Shown: positions 29,176 through 38,671, counted from the stretch's first letter. The stretch is 64,000 nucleotides of DNA from an uncultured Pseudomonadales bacterium (GCA_964495475.1 CAZBVY010000001.1:4239-68238); one strand, 5' to 3'. The notes: generated from the sequence alone by a model not told the origin. Translations and numbers: made by a program.

Positions 29176-30354
29176 ATGAGAAGATTGTTAAACCTTTTTC
29201 TACTCTCTTTAGTTTTTCTTGTGTCTATTAATGGTCGTGCATTTGCTGAAGATTGTGATCAAAAATATAAATGTAATGAGGGTGATGACAATTACGAAAG
29301 TTGTTTAGAAAACTTGGAAGGATGTTGGCAAAACGAAGTTAATAGAGTTCAATCTGAAGCTAATACCTTGCAATCAGCTATTAATATTATTAATGGCCAA
29401 ATTAGAATACAAAGTTTGAAGGTTCAACAAACAGTAGCTGAAATCAATAGTTTGGAAAAAGAAATTACTGAATTATCAGAAAGAATTGAAGGATTAGGTA
29501 TTTCTCTTAATCGCTTGAGCGAAATACTTATTAAGAGAATTAGACAAAGCTATAAACAAAGTCGTCTTCCATATAAAAATAATATTTTTGCTTCTCAATC
29601 TTTCAATGATTTTGTCAGTCAATATCGTTATATGAATTTAGCTCAAGATCAAACTTTAGATCTTATGAAAAAAACCGAATTACAACGTCTTACCTATAAT
29701 CAACAAAAAGAACTAAAAGAAACCAAACAACAAGAAATTGAAAAGAAAAGACAAGAATTACAAAGTCAAAAAAATATTCTTGATTCTCAAAAAGCTAGTA
29801 AAGACGCTTTACTCAAAGAAACCAAAAACAATGAAGCTACTTACCAACAAAAATTAGCTGAAGCCAGAGCAGAGCTTAATGCTATTAGAAATATTGTGGC
29901 TGGTTTAGGAACGGAAGCAAAAGTTGGAGATATTAAAAAGGGTGATCGAATAGCTTCAATTATTCAGGGAAGGTCAGCTTGTTCAACTGGCACACATTTA
30001 CATTTTGAAATAAGTCAAAACAATGTGCGTCGCAACCCTTTTGATTTACTTAAAAACATAAATTTAATTTGGGATAATGCTGATCCAGCAAAAAATGGTA
30101 CTGGAGGATGGGATTGGCCACTTAATGATCCTATTCGTGTTACCCAAGGATACGGTTATACTTCTTATTCATCTCGATATGTAAATGATATTCATACTGG
30201 CATAGATATCGCTAGTACTAACCAAACAGTTAAATCAGTTGAAGATGGTGAACTTTATAGAGGTAGCATGGCTTGTGGTGGAGGGGTTTTAAAATATGTA
30301 AGAGTCAAACAAAAAGATAATTTTGATACTTATTATCTCCATGTTAACTATTGA
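29176..30354 (+). CDS. coiled-coil M23/LytM-domain protein (EnvC-like) with unusual motif order
   Basis: Signal peptide and a long coiled coil. GTHLHFEIS (HxH) lies before HTGIDIA (HxxxD). The protein ends at YLHVNY. Confidence 0.65.
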   Translation: MRRLLNLFLLSLVFLVSINGRAFAEDCDQKYKCNEGDDNYESCLENLEGCWQNEVNRVQSEANTLQSAINIINGQIRIQSLKVQQTVAEINSLEKEITELSERIEGLGISLNRLSEILIKRIRQSYKQSRLPYKNNIFASQSFNDFVSQYRYMNLAQDQTLDLMKKTELQRLTYNQQKELKETKQQEIEKKRQELQSQKNILDSQKASKDALLKETKNNEATYQQKLAEARAELNAIRNIVAGLGTEAKVGDIKKGDRIASIIQGRSACSTGTHLHFEISQNNVRRNPFDLLKNINLIWDNADPAKNGTGGWDWPLNDPIRVTQGYGYTSYSSRYVNDIHTGIDIASTNQTVKSVEDGELYRGSMACGGGVLKYVRVKQKDNFDTYYLHVNY

Positions 30355-30395
30355 TCTCTTCTATTCAAAAATTAAAAATTTGTTAATATATTTCT

Positions 30396-30701
30396 ATGTC
30401 GCAAACCAAACCTCAATACCTCGATCAAGCTTTTGACGAGGAACTCGCTAAATTATTGAAAATTTTTATTAAAAAAAACAAAGATTATGGTAAAGACAAT
30501 ATTTTAGATAATGGAGAGTTGGGGATCATTTTTCGCATTAATGATAAATTGCGCCGTTTACAAAATTTAGCCATAAAAGGCGCTGAACCTGAAAACGAAA
30601 GTTGCTATGAGAATTGGCAAGATATTGCCGTATACGCAGTAATTGCTTTGTTACTAAGAGATGGACGTTTCAAAGATCTTAATCTAGATCCTGCAAAATA
30701 A
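30396..30701 (+). CDS. small hypothetical protein (DUF1599/MazG-like helical fold?)
   Basis: KNKDYGKDN...GELGI...R..DKLRRL pattern. Weak assignment. Confidence 0.35.
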   Translation: MSQTKPQYLDQAFDEELAKLLKIFIKKNKDYGKDNILDNGELGIIFRINDKLRRLQNLAIKGAEPENESCYENWQDIAVYAVIALLLRDGRFKDLNLDPAK

Positions 30702-31583
30702 TTAAATCAATTCGCTATTTTCTTCTTTAGAAAGATCCTTTTTTGATCTCTCCATGACGTAAATATCCTGATGATAATCATTTTCGCCCACAAATTCTGC
30801 CTCGCCACGAATAATTTTTTCAAAGGGTCGACAAGCAAAACAGCCAGCTTCTCCATGAGGACATTTAAAGCGTTCAAGTTGACGCGCAAGCTTCATTTCT
30901 TTGGCAATCTTTAATATTTGCTGATGAGCAGTTTCTAAATCTGGTAAGGGTTTCTCTGCTATTTTGCCCGTCTCTAAATACCAATAACTGGCTTTACTGA
31001 CTTTGCGATGTTGACAGTTGTGTACCAAAAGATGATAAATCGGTAATTGCAATGAACTTTCATTTTCTTCATTTTTGCTGGTTTTAAAATCAATAATATT
31101 GACACTGTCGTCTGCTTGTAGATACTCCAACCAATCAATTTTGCCACACAGAATCAAATTCTCTTCTTCCGACAACCAATAATGTGGTAGATCTTCTTTA
31201 ATTTTGACTGCCAAATCATTTAAAGGCCCAGGATTATCCATTACTTTTTGTAACATTACTCGACCGCGTTCTTTGTATTCTGCTTCTGTTTGTTCCTCAA
31301 AAAAACCACCTTTTTTACCGGTTACAGCTTGCCAATTACGTTCAAATTTAACAATTAAAGACTCTTTGAAACGTTCTGAGCCAGGTAAAACCGACAAAGA
31401 TTCCAGAACACTATGAACTACTTGCCCTAAAGCTAATGGAGGTGACATGAGTTGAATTTTGTGACGAGTTTTTGGATCTTTATAAACATTCTTGAGGTAA
31501 TAGGCTCTAGGACACTGTAAAAAATCGCTAATTGAAGTGTGAGAGACCCACACTGCTGTATATTTATCAGGCATGTTACTCAT
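30702..31583 (-). CDS. PD-(D/E)xK nuclease, Cas4/RecB-family with C-terminal Fe-S cysteines
   Basis: SISDFLQCPRAYYL, IDFKTSK and CPHGEAGCFAC motifs; no CRISPR nearby. Confidence 0.65.
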   Translation of the reverse strand: MSNMPDKYTAVWVSHTSISDFLQCPRAYYLKNVYKDPKTRHKIQLMSPPLALGQVVHSVLESLSVLPGSERFKESLIVKFERNWQAVTGKKGGFFEEQTEAEYKERGRVMLQKVMDNPGPLNDLAVKIKEDLPHYWLSEEENLILCGKIDWLEYLQADDSVNIIDFKTSKNEENESSLQLPIYHLLVHNCQHRKVSKASYWYLETGKIAEKPLPDLETAHQQILKIAKEMKLARQLERFKCPHGEAGCFACRPFEKIIRGEAEFVGENDYHQDIYVMERSKKDLSKEENSELI

Positions 31584-31599
31584 TATAAAGAAAAATTTG

Positions 31600-31608
31600 C
31601 TATAATCT
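31600..31608 (+). promoter_or_regulatory. extended -10 promoter element TGcTATAAT
   Basis: TGCTATAAT about 185 nt upstream of the 31794 gene, immediately followed by a 23-bp inverted-repeat arm. Confidence 0.4.
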
Positions 31609-31611
31609 ATT

Positions 31612-31774
31612 GAGAATCAAGAACTTTAATACAGTCACGCTCAACTAAAATTGTTTCTCCCTTCGAAAAACAATCTTTGTTTTGCTCAGTGAAGTCGCTG
31701 TCTATAAACATAGCTACTTATTTATGTTTATTAATCAGCTCCTTCAATGGCCTGTATTAAAGTTTTTGATTCTC
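31612..31774. promoter_or_regulatory. 23-bp inverted repeats (GAGAATCAAGAACTTTAATACAG / CTGTATTAAAGTTTTTGATTCTC) flanking a 117-nt spacer
   Basis: Arms at 31612-31634 and 31752-31774 with 22/23 complementary, in the divergent intergenic region. Confidence 0.6.
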
Positions 31775-31793
31775 ATAAAATAAAAATTGAATT

Positions 31794-33512
31794 ATGTCAG
31801 ATACCACAACTCCAATAGAAAATAATAACATTCCTCAAGTAGATCTAGTTGTCGCAGAAGAAAAACCAGTTGAACTTAAAGAGTTATCTGCTTACGCTAA
31901 AGAATATACCAGACAGTACCAAATGGACTGGGAATATCATCATCGCGCTATTATTTCTCCTCTAGAAGTAGACGAATTGGCTTCTAAAATTGCAGAAGCT
32001 TACGAAAAAGTGCGCAAGGTTATCGATTGGAAAGAAGAAAATTTATTACGTCGTGGTGCCATCGAGCGCATTCTCAAACGTCGTCTAGTCTCTGAATTAT
32101 ATGGAATTAATATTTTGCCAGATCTTAATGCCACTGAAATGGCTGAACCAATGATCTTGGAATTAATGCGCAGTGGATATTTTGATAACGGCAAAATTGC
32201 TAAAAAACAAATCAAAGAAATCGAAAACATTCTTAATAAATACATTCGTATTTTAGATAATTCCAGATTACCTCAAGCTCCTAGTAAAAAACATGTCAAA
32301 AATAAAATGGAGTTTTATACTTGGATGTTGGAAATCGCAGCTTGTGAAATTGAAGAAGTACTAGCACCTGCTTTTAAAGAAAACGCTCTACTTAATCTCA
32401 TGACCAATGTTATTTTTGAACGCAATCGTATTTTACCAAGTGACAGATTAAGTGATTTAGATAGATTAGTTCAAGTTTATATTGCTTGTATGCGCACTTT
32501 ATATAATTTTGATGATCCCATCATTTCTTACAATGTTATTAAAATTCGTTATCCTTTTTGGATAGAAGAAGTTGACAGTAGTATTGAAAAAATAATGGAA
32601 CAAGTTCACGACATTCGTCAACAAATTGAAACAGACTTAGATAGTGAAGAAGGTAAACAATTATTTAAACTAGCTGGCAAATACGATGCGGCTTATCGCA
32701 TCATTGGCGATGTTCTAGATAAAATTAATAACACTCCAGAAATTGTTCGTGAAAAACTTGCCAATCCAGAAGAACTTAAAAAAATGGTGGAAGAAAGTTA
32801 TTTTAAAAGAAAGGCCAGTCTCAAAGGTCGTCTTTTCCGCAGTGCTATTTACTCTACGCTTTCCATTTTTGTAGCTGGCATTGCTAGTTTCATTATTTTT
32901 GAAGGACCAGTGGCCAAATTAGCTGGATTAGAATTTAGTCTACTTTCACTTTTTATAGATTTATTAATTCCTAGTTTGGTAATGTTCTTGTTAGTAATTT
33001 TTATTCGCCCGCCAAAAGATCAAAATTTGAGAGTGGTGCAAAAAGAAATTGCCAAAATTATTCATAAACAAAATAGCGAGGACGTTTATGAAATTGATTT
33101 TCGTCGTAAGAAAAACAAAGCTTTGAATATCATTTTCATTATTATTTCTGTTATTTGTGGGATTGCGAGCATGCGTTTTATTTTTTGGATATTTGAAATT
33201 GGCAGAGTTCCATGGACATCCATGTATTTGGATACCGTGAATGTTGCCATGGTAGTTTTTGCAGCTATGGCTATTAAACAAAAATCCAAAGAAATCACTA
33301 TTGAAGATCATGGCAATTTTATTGAATTCTTATTAGAACTTTTTTCCATTCCATTAGCCAAAATTGGTCAATGGTTTTCTGCTAAATGGAAGAAATATAA
33401 TATCTTTTCTGCTCTATTCACCGCCGTGGTCGATTTGCCATTTTCTGCCTTAATTCGCATCGTCGAAGATTGGCGCAACTTCTTGAAAGAAAGAAGTTCA
33501 GAAATGCATTAG
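31794..33512 (+). CDS. hypothetical protein with soluble N-terminal domain and C-terminal multi-TM region
   Basis: 572 aa; four or more TM helices after about aa 340. Confidence 0.55.
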   Translation: MSDTTTPIENNNIPQVDLVVAEEKPVELKELSAYAKEYTRQYQMDWEYHHRAIISPLEVDELASKIAEAYEKVRKVIDWKEENLLRRGAIERILKRRLVSELYGINILPDLNATEMAEPMILELMRSGYFDNGKIAKKQIKEIENILNKYIRILDNSRLPQAPSKKHVKNKMEFYTWMLEIAACEIEEVLAPAFKENALLNLMTNVIFERNRILPSDRLSDLDRLVQVYIACMRTLYNFDDPIISYNVIKIRYPFWIEEVDSSIEKIMEQVHDIRQQIETDLDSEEGKQLFKLAGKYDAAYRIIGDVLDKINNTPEIVREKLANPEELKKMVEESYFKRKASLKGRLFRSAIYSTLSIFVAGIASFIIFEGPVAKLAGLEFSLLSLFIDLLIPSLVMFLLVIFIRPPKDQNLRVVQKEIAKIIHKQNSEDVYEIDFRRKKNKALNIIFIIISVICGIASMRFIFWIFEIGRVPWTSMYLDTVNVAMVVFAAMAIKQKSKEITIEDHGNFIEFLLELFSIPLAKIGQWFSAKWKKYNIFSALFTAVVDLPFSALIRIVEDWRNFLKERSSEMH

Positions 33513-33562
33513 TTTTTTTGGCATAGGCATTTTTCTGATATAATCACCTAGCATTTTAATAA

Positions 33563-33650
33563 GGAGGCATCGCATAGTGGCCAATTGCACAGGTTTGCTA
33601 AACCTGACCCCTTTTGGGGTTCCTGGGTTCAAATCCCAGTGCCTCCGCCA
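33563..33650 (+). tRNA. tRNA-Ser (anticodon GCT), CCA encoded
   Basis: Acceptor GGAGGCA/TGCCTCC, anticodon stem CAGGT/ACCTG with loop TTGCTAA, long variable arm CCCC-TTTT-GGGG, T-loop GTTCAAATC, G73. Confidence 0.9.
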
Positions 33651-33849
33651 TTTTTCAATATCGTTAGTTTTATGAGGAATACGGGTTGGAAGAATAATGG
33701 TGGCAAAAAGATAACGTCATTAAAACTTAAACGAAATACTAAGTTTATTTAGCCTCAAAACGTTTATTGTATCAAATAACATCTTTTTATATCAGCAGAA
33801 AAAAGTTATGTATTTAAGAAAAAAAGACGATTTTGAAGCATTTTAAGGC

Positions 33850-33878
33850 TTGACAAACACCAAAAAAAGCGTATACTA
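33850..33878 (+). promoter_or_regulatory. near-consensus sigma70 promoter TTGACA-N17-TATACT
   Basis: TTGACA at 33850-33855 and TATACT at 33873-33878, about 120 nt upstream of the DUF3892 gene. Confidence 0.6.
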
Positions 33879-33998
33879 TATGCCATTAAAAATACAGCCT
33901 CAACTGGGTTTAAATATTTAGCTGATAAAACTCGTATTAACAGCATAAACTATTTCTTTCTTGGTTGTCAACTGTGCTCTATTAAAGAAAGGCTGAGA

Positions 33999-34292
33999 AT
34001 GTCAGTCAGAATCACTTGTATAAATAAAGATGGAGGAAACCATCAAAATCCGCATGAAGGAATTACCGATTATGGGTGGATAAATGAATCCACCAATAAA
34101 ACTGGGAAAAGCACGCGAAGTCAAATGGTTTCTTTCATAGAAGATAATAACGGCAAGGCATATGTAGAAGACGCAGCTGGAAATAAAGTTTACTGCTATG
34201 TTAGAAGCATAAATAATGTTAAGTTTTTGCAAACTTACTCAAATGATAAGCCAACAGATAATCTATTAACACTTAAAGAGTGTCAAATTTAA
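33999..34292 (+). CDS. DUF3892-domain protein
   Basis: ITCINKD..HQNPHEGITDYGWI...YVEDAAGNKVYCYV...FLQTYSNDKPTDNLLTLKEC matches the DUF3892 pattern (C-terminal DNLL.L.EC). Confidence 0.6.
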   Translation: MSVRITCINKDGGNHQNPHEGITDYGWINESTNKTGKSTRSQMVSFIEDNNGKAYVEDAAGNKVYCYVRSINNVKFLQTYSNDKPTDNLLTLKECQI

Positions 34293-34341
34293 TAATTAAA
34301 ATAAGCTGCTTTAAGAAATTAAGGCAGCTTATAAAAAATTT

Positions 34342-35508
34342 ATGGATTCCCTAAATAAAATGCTAAAAGAAAATATTAAAGATATAAAAATAAGCGACAT
34401 AGAACAGTTAATTTCTCAATCCGTTGTAGAAAATAAAACGATAGAATATAAACAAAATTTACCTGAAAATTCTGATACAGATAAAAAAGAATTTCTTGCA
34501 GATGTTTCTGCGTTTGCTAATACTAATGGAGGGTACCTAATATATGGAGTATCAGAATCTAGTGGAAAACCAACTGACATATTGCCAATAAAATCAACTG
34601 ATCAAGATGCTGAAATAAGAAGGTTAGAATCAATTCTGCAATCTGGAATTGAGCCAAGAATTAGTTGCGAAATAAGGTCTATTGAACATGAAGATGGTTT
34701 CCTATATTTAATAGGTGTTAAACAAAGTTGGAATATTCCACATAGAGTTATATTTAAAGGTTATGATAAATTTTATGCGAGAAATTCTGCTGGAAAATAT
34801 CCATTGGACATTGATGAATTAAGAAACTTGTTCACCTTGCCTATGACAATAAACGAAAAAATAGAAAAAAGAATCTCTGAAAGAAGAAGATATTTAAATA
34901 GCAATTCGCTTCCTATAAAACAGGATAATAAACCAAAACTATCTTTACACTTGATACCAGAAGAGTCGTATAGAAATAGAAATTATCCAGAAATATTCTC
35001 CATAAAAAATGATCCTTTAATTATGCCAATGTCTTACTTTGGATCAAATTTAAAAATAAACCTTGACGGATTTATGACCTATTCAGTTAGTAGAGAATTG
35101 GGAACTTTTTCTTACACTCAAATGTATAGAGATGCAATGATTGAGGCTTTACGCACTGAAATTGTTGATGAAGAAGATGGATCTCTTTACTATAAAGAGG
35201 TAGAAAAAAGCTTGATCGAAGCTATAAGTAGGTACATGGAGGTTTATAAAAAATTAGGCATTGGCGCACCAATAGTTGGCTATATCTCTTTCTATAAAAT
35301 GAATAAAACAAAGTTAATACACCCCATGCAAATATCAAGAAGTACACGCGGGATAGATATAGATGAAATTTATCTACCAGATTTCTTAATTGAGGATTAT
35401 GAAACAGAGATTGGAAAAATTATAAAACCAAGTTTAGACGTATTCTGGAATGCATTTGGATTTGAAGAGGATCCAAACATAGATCGAGATGGAAAATCTA
35501 CTCAATAA
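34342..35508 (+). CDS. Schlafen-like AlbA_2 (divergent AAA-4) domain protein with uncharacterised C-terminal domain
   Basis: EYKQNLPEN...EFLADVSAFANTNGGYLIYGV matches the AlbA_2 core; 388 aa. Confidence 0.6.
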   Translation: MDSLNKMLKENIKDIKISDIEQLISQSVVENKTIEYKQNLPENSDTDKKEFLADVSAFANTNGGYLIYGVSESSGKPTDILPIKSTDQDAEIRRLESILQSGIEPRISCEIRSIEHEDGFLYLIGVKQSWNIPHRVIFKGYDKFYARNSAGKYPLDIDELRNLFTLPMTINEKIEKRISERRRYLNSNSLPIKQDNKPKLSLHLIPEESYRNRNYPEIFSIKNDPLIMPMSYFGSNLKINLDGFMTYSVSRELGTFSYTQMYRDAMIEALRTEIVDEEDGSLYYKEVEKSLIEAISRYMEVYKKLGIGAPIVGYISFYKMNKTKLIHPMQISRSTRGIDIDEIYLPDFLIEDYETEIGKIIKPSLDVFWNAFGFEEDPNIDRDGKSTQ

Positions 35509-35543
35509 AAAAATAATAAACTAAAGTTATATTTATCAAACCA

Positions 35544-36320
35544 ATGATTGAAAATAAAACTATATTTCCCCACTTTTTGTCTTTAGTTCCAATAAAAATC
35601 GAGCTTATGTTTAACAATGTCAGCTTAGCTCTCGGAACAGCTTTTATTTATAGAAAAAACAATAAGCTATATTTAGTTTCTGCATGGCATAATTTTTCAG
35701 GCATAAATCCGGAAACTAAACAACCGCTGTCTGCTCATGGTGGCTTACCAAATAAAGTTAAGTGTAGATTGATATTAAATGAAGAACTAATTTCTTGGTC
35801 AGATGAAATGTTTGATTTAACTAAAAATGATTATGAGAAACTATGGATGGAGCATCCAACTCATAAAGAAAAGGTAGATATTGGAGTGTTGCCAATTTCT
35901 GTAAATAAAAAATTTAAAGTAAATGCAATTAATGATTATAAATTTTCTGATATGAGAACAGAAATAGCTCAAGATGTTTTTATCTTAGGTTTCCCAAGAG
36001 GAATCCCGGGAAGAAGAGAGCTTCCAATATGGAAAAGGGGAAGCATAGCAAGTGAGCCAGGAGGAAATTATCCTAAAATCTTAATAGATTCAGCAACAAG
36101 AGAAGGAATGTCTGGATCTCCAGTTATTATGAGATATAAAGGATTTTACTTTAAAGAACCAGGAAAAATAAACAATGATGATTGGATGGGAGAAGGAGAT
36201 TTATTTCTTGGGGTTTATTCAGGAAGACTTGGAAAAGAAGAAATTAAAGCACAATTGGGTGTTGTATGGAAAAGCTATATAATAGACGAAATTATAAATC
36301 AGGCTGAAGAATTAAATTAA
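35544..36320 (+). CDS. cytoplasmic trypsin-like serine protease (Trypsin_2)
   Basis: Catalytic triad contexts SAWHNF (His), DIGVLPI (Asp), GMSGSPV (GxSGxP Ser); no signal peptide. Confidence 0.65.
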   Translation: MIENKTIFPHFLSLVPIKIELMFNNVSLALGTAFIYRKNNKLYLVSAWHNFSGINPETKQPLSAHGGLPNKVKCRLILNEELISWSDEMFDLTKNDYEKLWMEHPTHKEKVDIGVLPISVNKKFKVNAINDYKFSDMRTEIAQDVFILGFPRGIPGRRELPIWKRGSIASEPGGNYPKILIDSATREGMSGSPVIMRYKGFYFKEPGKINNDDWMGEGDLFLGVYSGRLGKEEIKAQLGVVWKSYIIDEIINQAEELN

Positions 36321-36417
36321 AAAAGTTCCAATTTCATCCCACGACGCCCGCACCAAGCAAATTTAACAAAAATTATCCTTCTCTGTTATTTTTTCCCCCA
36401 ATAGCTATACTAAAAGC

Positions 36418-38097
36418 ATGTCATTTTGGAAGATTTGGGGAATTGGTGCTGTAGTAGCAATTTTTCTATCACTATTAATGTGTTTGCCAAAATATGGTCA
36501 AGTTCCAGCCGGTCTTAATAGAGATGAAGTTGCCTTGGGCTATAACGCTTATAGTTTGTTAAAAACTGGGAAAGACGAATGGGGAAAATCTTGGCCAATT
36601 AGTATTACTTCTTTTGGAGATCAAAAATTACCTGGCTATATTTATACTTTAATTCCTTTTATTGCTTTTTTTGATTTAGAAATTTGGGTAGTTCGTTTAC
36701 CATCTCTTTTAGCCGGTTTAATCGTCATGATTAGTATGGGTCTTATTGCCATGAAGTTAGCTAAACTGGCTAAATATTCATCAAGTTGGCAATTGATAGC
36801 TAGTTTTATAGTAATGATATTAATCGCCATTAGTCCCTGGCACATGCATTTTTCTAGAGTAGCTTATGAAACTCATCTAGCCATGGCTTTTTTTGTAAGT
36901 AGTGTGGCCTGTTTATTTTTTGCTTTGAATACTCAGCGTAAATTGCTACAACGAATCTTATTAGCCAAAGCTGGTTTGTTGGCAGGATTAACTTTATTAA
37001 CTTACCATGGCTATCAAATCTTTACTCCTTTGTTTTTATTAGCTTTTTTAATCATCTTTTTTCAGCAAATTAAAAAATTAGATAAAATTGGCTTAGCAAT
37101 AGGCGTATTTTTAGGTGTATTAAGTGTAGGGTTATTGATCGGTGGCGGAATTCTTCAAGCTAATCAAGCTAAAAGCCAAGGTATTAATCCTTTTAATAAT
37201 CAGGTTTTGTTAAATAAAGCAACTGAATATCGTAGTACAAGTAATTTTCCACCATTCGTTAATAAAATTTTATTTAATAAAGTTAACGAAGGTTTAATCA
37301 CTTTCACTCAAAATTACATCTCTACTTTTTCTGGAACTTTTTTCTTTATTCACGGCAGTGGTCATGGAGATCACAATCCAGGAAATGGTAACAATACTAA
37401 TTTATTTTTAGCACCACTTATTTTGTTGGGTTTATTGACTTTGGGCAGACACTATAAAGAAAAAACTACTCAAATAATTATTGCTTGGATATTATTAGCG
37501 CTGATTCCTTCATCACTAACCATTAATCCATTATTAGAAGTTCGTTTGGGAACAATTTTCCCAATTCTAGAATTACTTGCTGTCATTGGTATTTTTTCTT
37601 TATTAATTTTCTTGTCTAATTTGCAAAAAAAATTAGTAAGTATTTTATTAATTAGTATTGGCTTAATTTTTACCATAAGATTATTTATTTTTTACACCAC
37701 TCTTGCTCCAATAACTTCCGTTGATAATACTCATTATCATTTATTAGCCAGAGCTTTATTTAAATATCAAGGAAATAATGAAGCTGTATTAACTCAATCT
37801 CCAGCTAGCTCTCCATATATTTGGTATTTGTTTGAAAATAAAATTGATCCTGCGTTTGCTCAAAAATCGATTGTTCATCATCCTACTACAGATGAGGGAT
37901 TTAAACATGTTAAACAATTAAATAATATTTATTTCGAGACTATTAATTGGAATGATTTAGATAAAAAATCATACATTTTAATTCTTAAGCCCACTGAAAT
38001 TTCTATAGATCAAAGAATTAGTTCTCAATTTTCACTAATTGAAGTAATTACCGATGCAAAAAACCAAACTATTTATGAAGTTTGGAAATATAATTAA
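36418..38097 (+). CDS. GT-C fold membrane glycosyltransferase (GT39/ArnT/PMT-like)
   Basis: N-terminal RDE motif in the first loop and 10 or more TM helices. Confidence 0.65.
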   Translation: MSFWKIWGIGAVVAIFLSLLMCLPKYGQVPAGLNRDEVALGYNAYSLLKTGKDEWGKSWPISITSFGDQKLPGYIYTLIPFIAFFDLEIWVVRLPSLLAGLIVMISMGLIAMKLAKLAKYSSSWQLIASFIVMILIAISPWHMHFSRVAYETHLAMAFFVSSVACLFFALNTQRKLLQRILLAKAGLLAGLTLLTYHGYQIFTPLFLLAFLIIFFQQIKKLDKIGLAIGVFLGVLSVGLLIGGGILQANQAKSQGINPFNNQVLLNKATEYRSTSNFPPFVNKILFNKVNEGLITFTQNYISTFSGTFFFIHGSGHGDHNPGNGNNTNLFLAPLILLGLLTLGRHYKEKTTQIIIAWILLALIPSSLTINPLLEVRLGTIFPILELLAVIGIFSLLIFLSNLQKKLVSILLISIGLIFTIRLFIFYTTLAPITSVDNTHYHLLARALFKYQGNNEAVLTQSPASSPYIWYLFENKIDPAFAQKSIVHHPTTDEGFKHVKQLNNIYFETINWNDLDKKSYILILKPTEISIDQRISSQFSLIEVITDAKNQTIYEVWKYN

Positions 38098-38124
38098 ATT
38101 AAGTGATTTTACCTATTATTTACA

Positions 38125-38340
38125 TTGATGATAAAATGTAACTCTATTATGACAAATGAATCTCAACTAAACATGGAACTAATTAACCAAGAATTTCAAA
38201 GATTGCAAACTGAAAAAGAATTAAGTGATTGTAAAGCATTGGAAATATTAGTTGGTATATATGGACCCAGTGAAATGGCTCAGTTTTTAAATTGGCTTGG
38301 ATCACAAAATAATAATGCGAGAAAAAATAAAAATGGCTGA
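38125..38340 (+). CDS. hypothetical small protein
   Basis: 71-aa ORF. Confidence 0.3.
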   Translation: MMIKCNSIMTNESQLNMELINQEFQRLQTEKELSDCKALEILVGIYGPSEMAQFLNWLGSQNNNARKNKNG

Positions 38341-38632
38341 AACACAATACACCCCTCCATTTTATCCAGAAGATATTAGTGCTTTAGAAGGTCCCTTGCC
38401 TTTTACCACATCTTTTAATTTAGATGAACCAAGCATGATTGATCTTAGTTTGCTTGATAAACAAGAAAAAGAAGCGTTGTTAAAAGAGTTAGAAAAAAGA
38501 CAAAATCATCATGATGCGTCAACTAGTTGGACTAAAGATCATGTAGATTTACTTTTTAAACTGCGAGCTCAGCTTGATAAAAATACGAGTGCCGATACTT
38601 ATATCCCATTAAAAGATCGACCCAGACGCTAA
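38333..38632 (+). CDS. hypothetical small protein (start probably at the internal Met)
   Basis: ORF 38297-38632; the Met at 38333 avoids overlap with the previous ORF. Confidence 0.35.
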   Translation: MAETQYTPPFYPEDISALEGPLPFTTSFNLDEPSMIDLSLLDKQEKEALLKELEKRQNHHDASTSWTKDHVDLLFKLRAQLDKNTSADTYIPLKDRPRR

Positions 38633-38671
38633 GACTTTTGTTTGGTAAAATACAGTTCTGTTACTTAAAAA

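Noticed and set aside
30702-31583. CRISPR array near the Cas4-like nuclease
   Set aside because: No regularly spaced direct repeats were found anywhere in the window. The nuclease appears to stand alone.
36321-36417. Partial duplicate of the tRNA-Ser 3' end as attR of the islet
   Set aside because: Similarity to the tRNA 3' end is only patchy (ATCCCA...CCGC.CCA). It is reported instead as the repeated-motif finding because its match to the 16590 copy is stronger.
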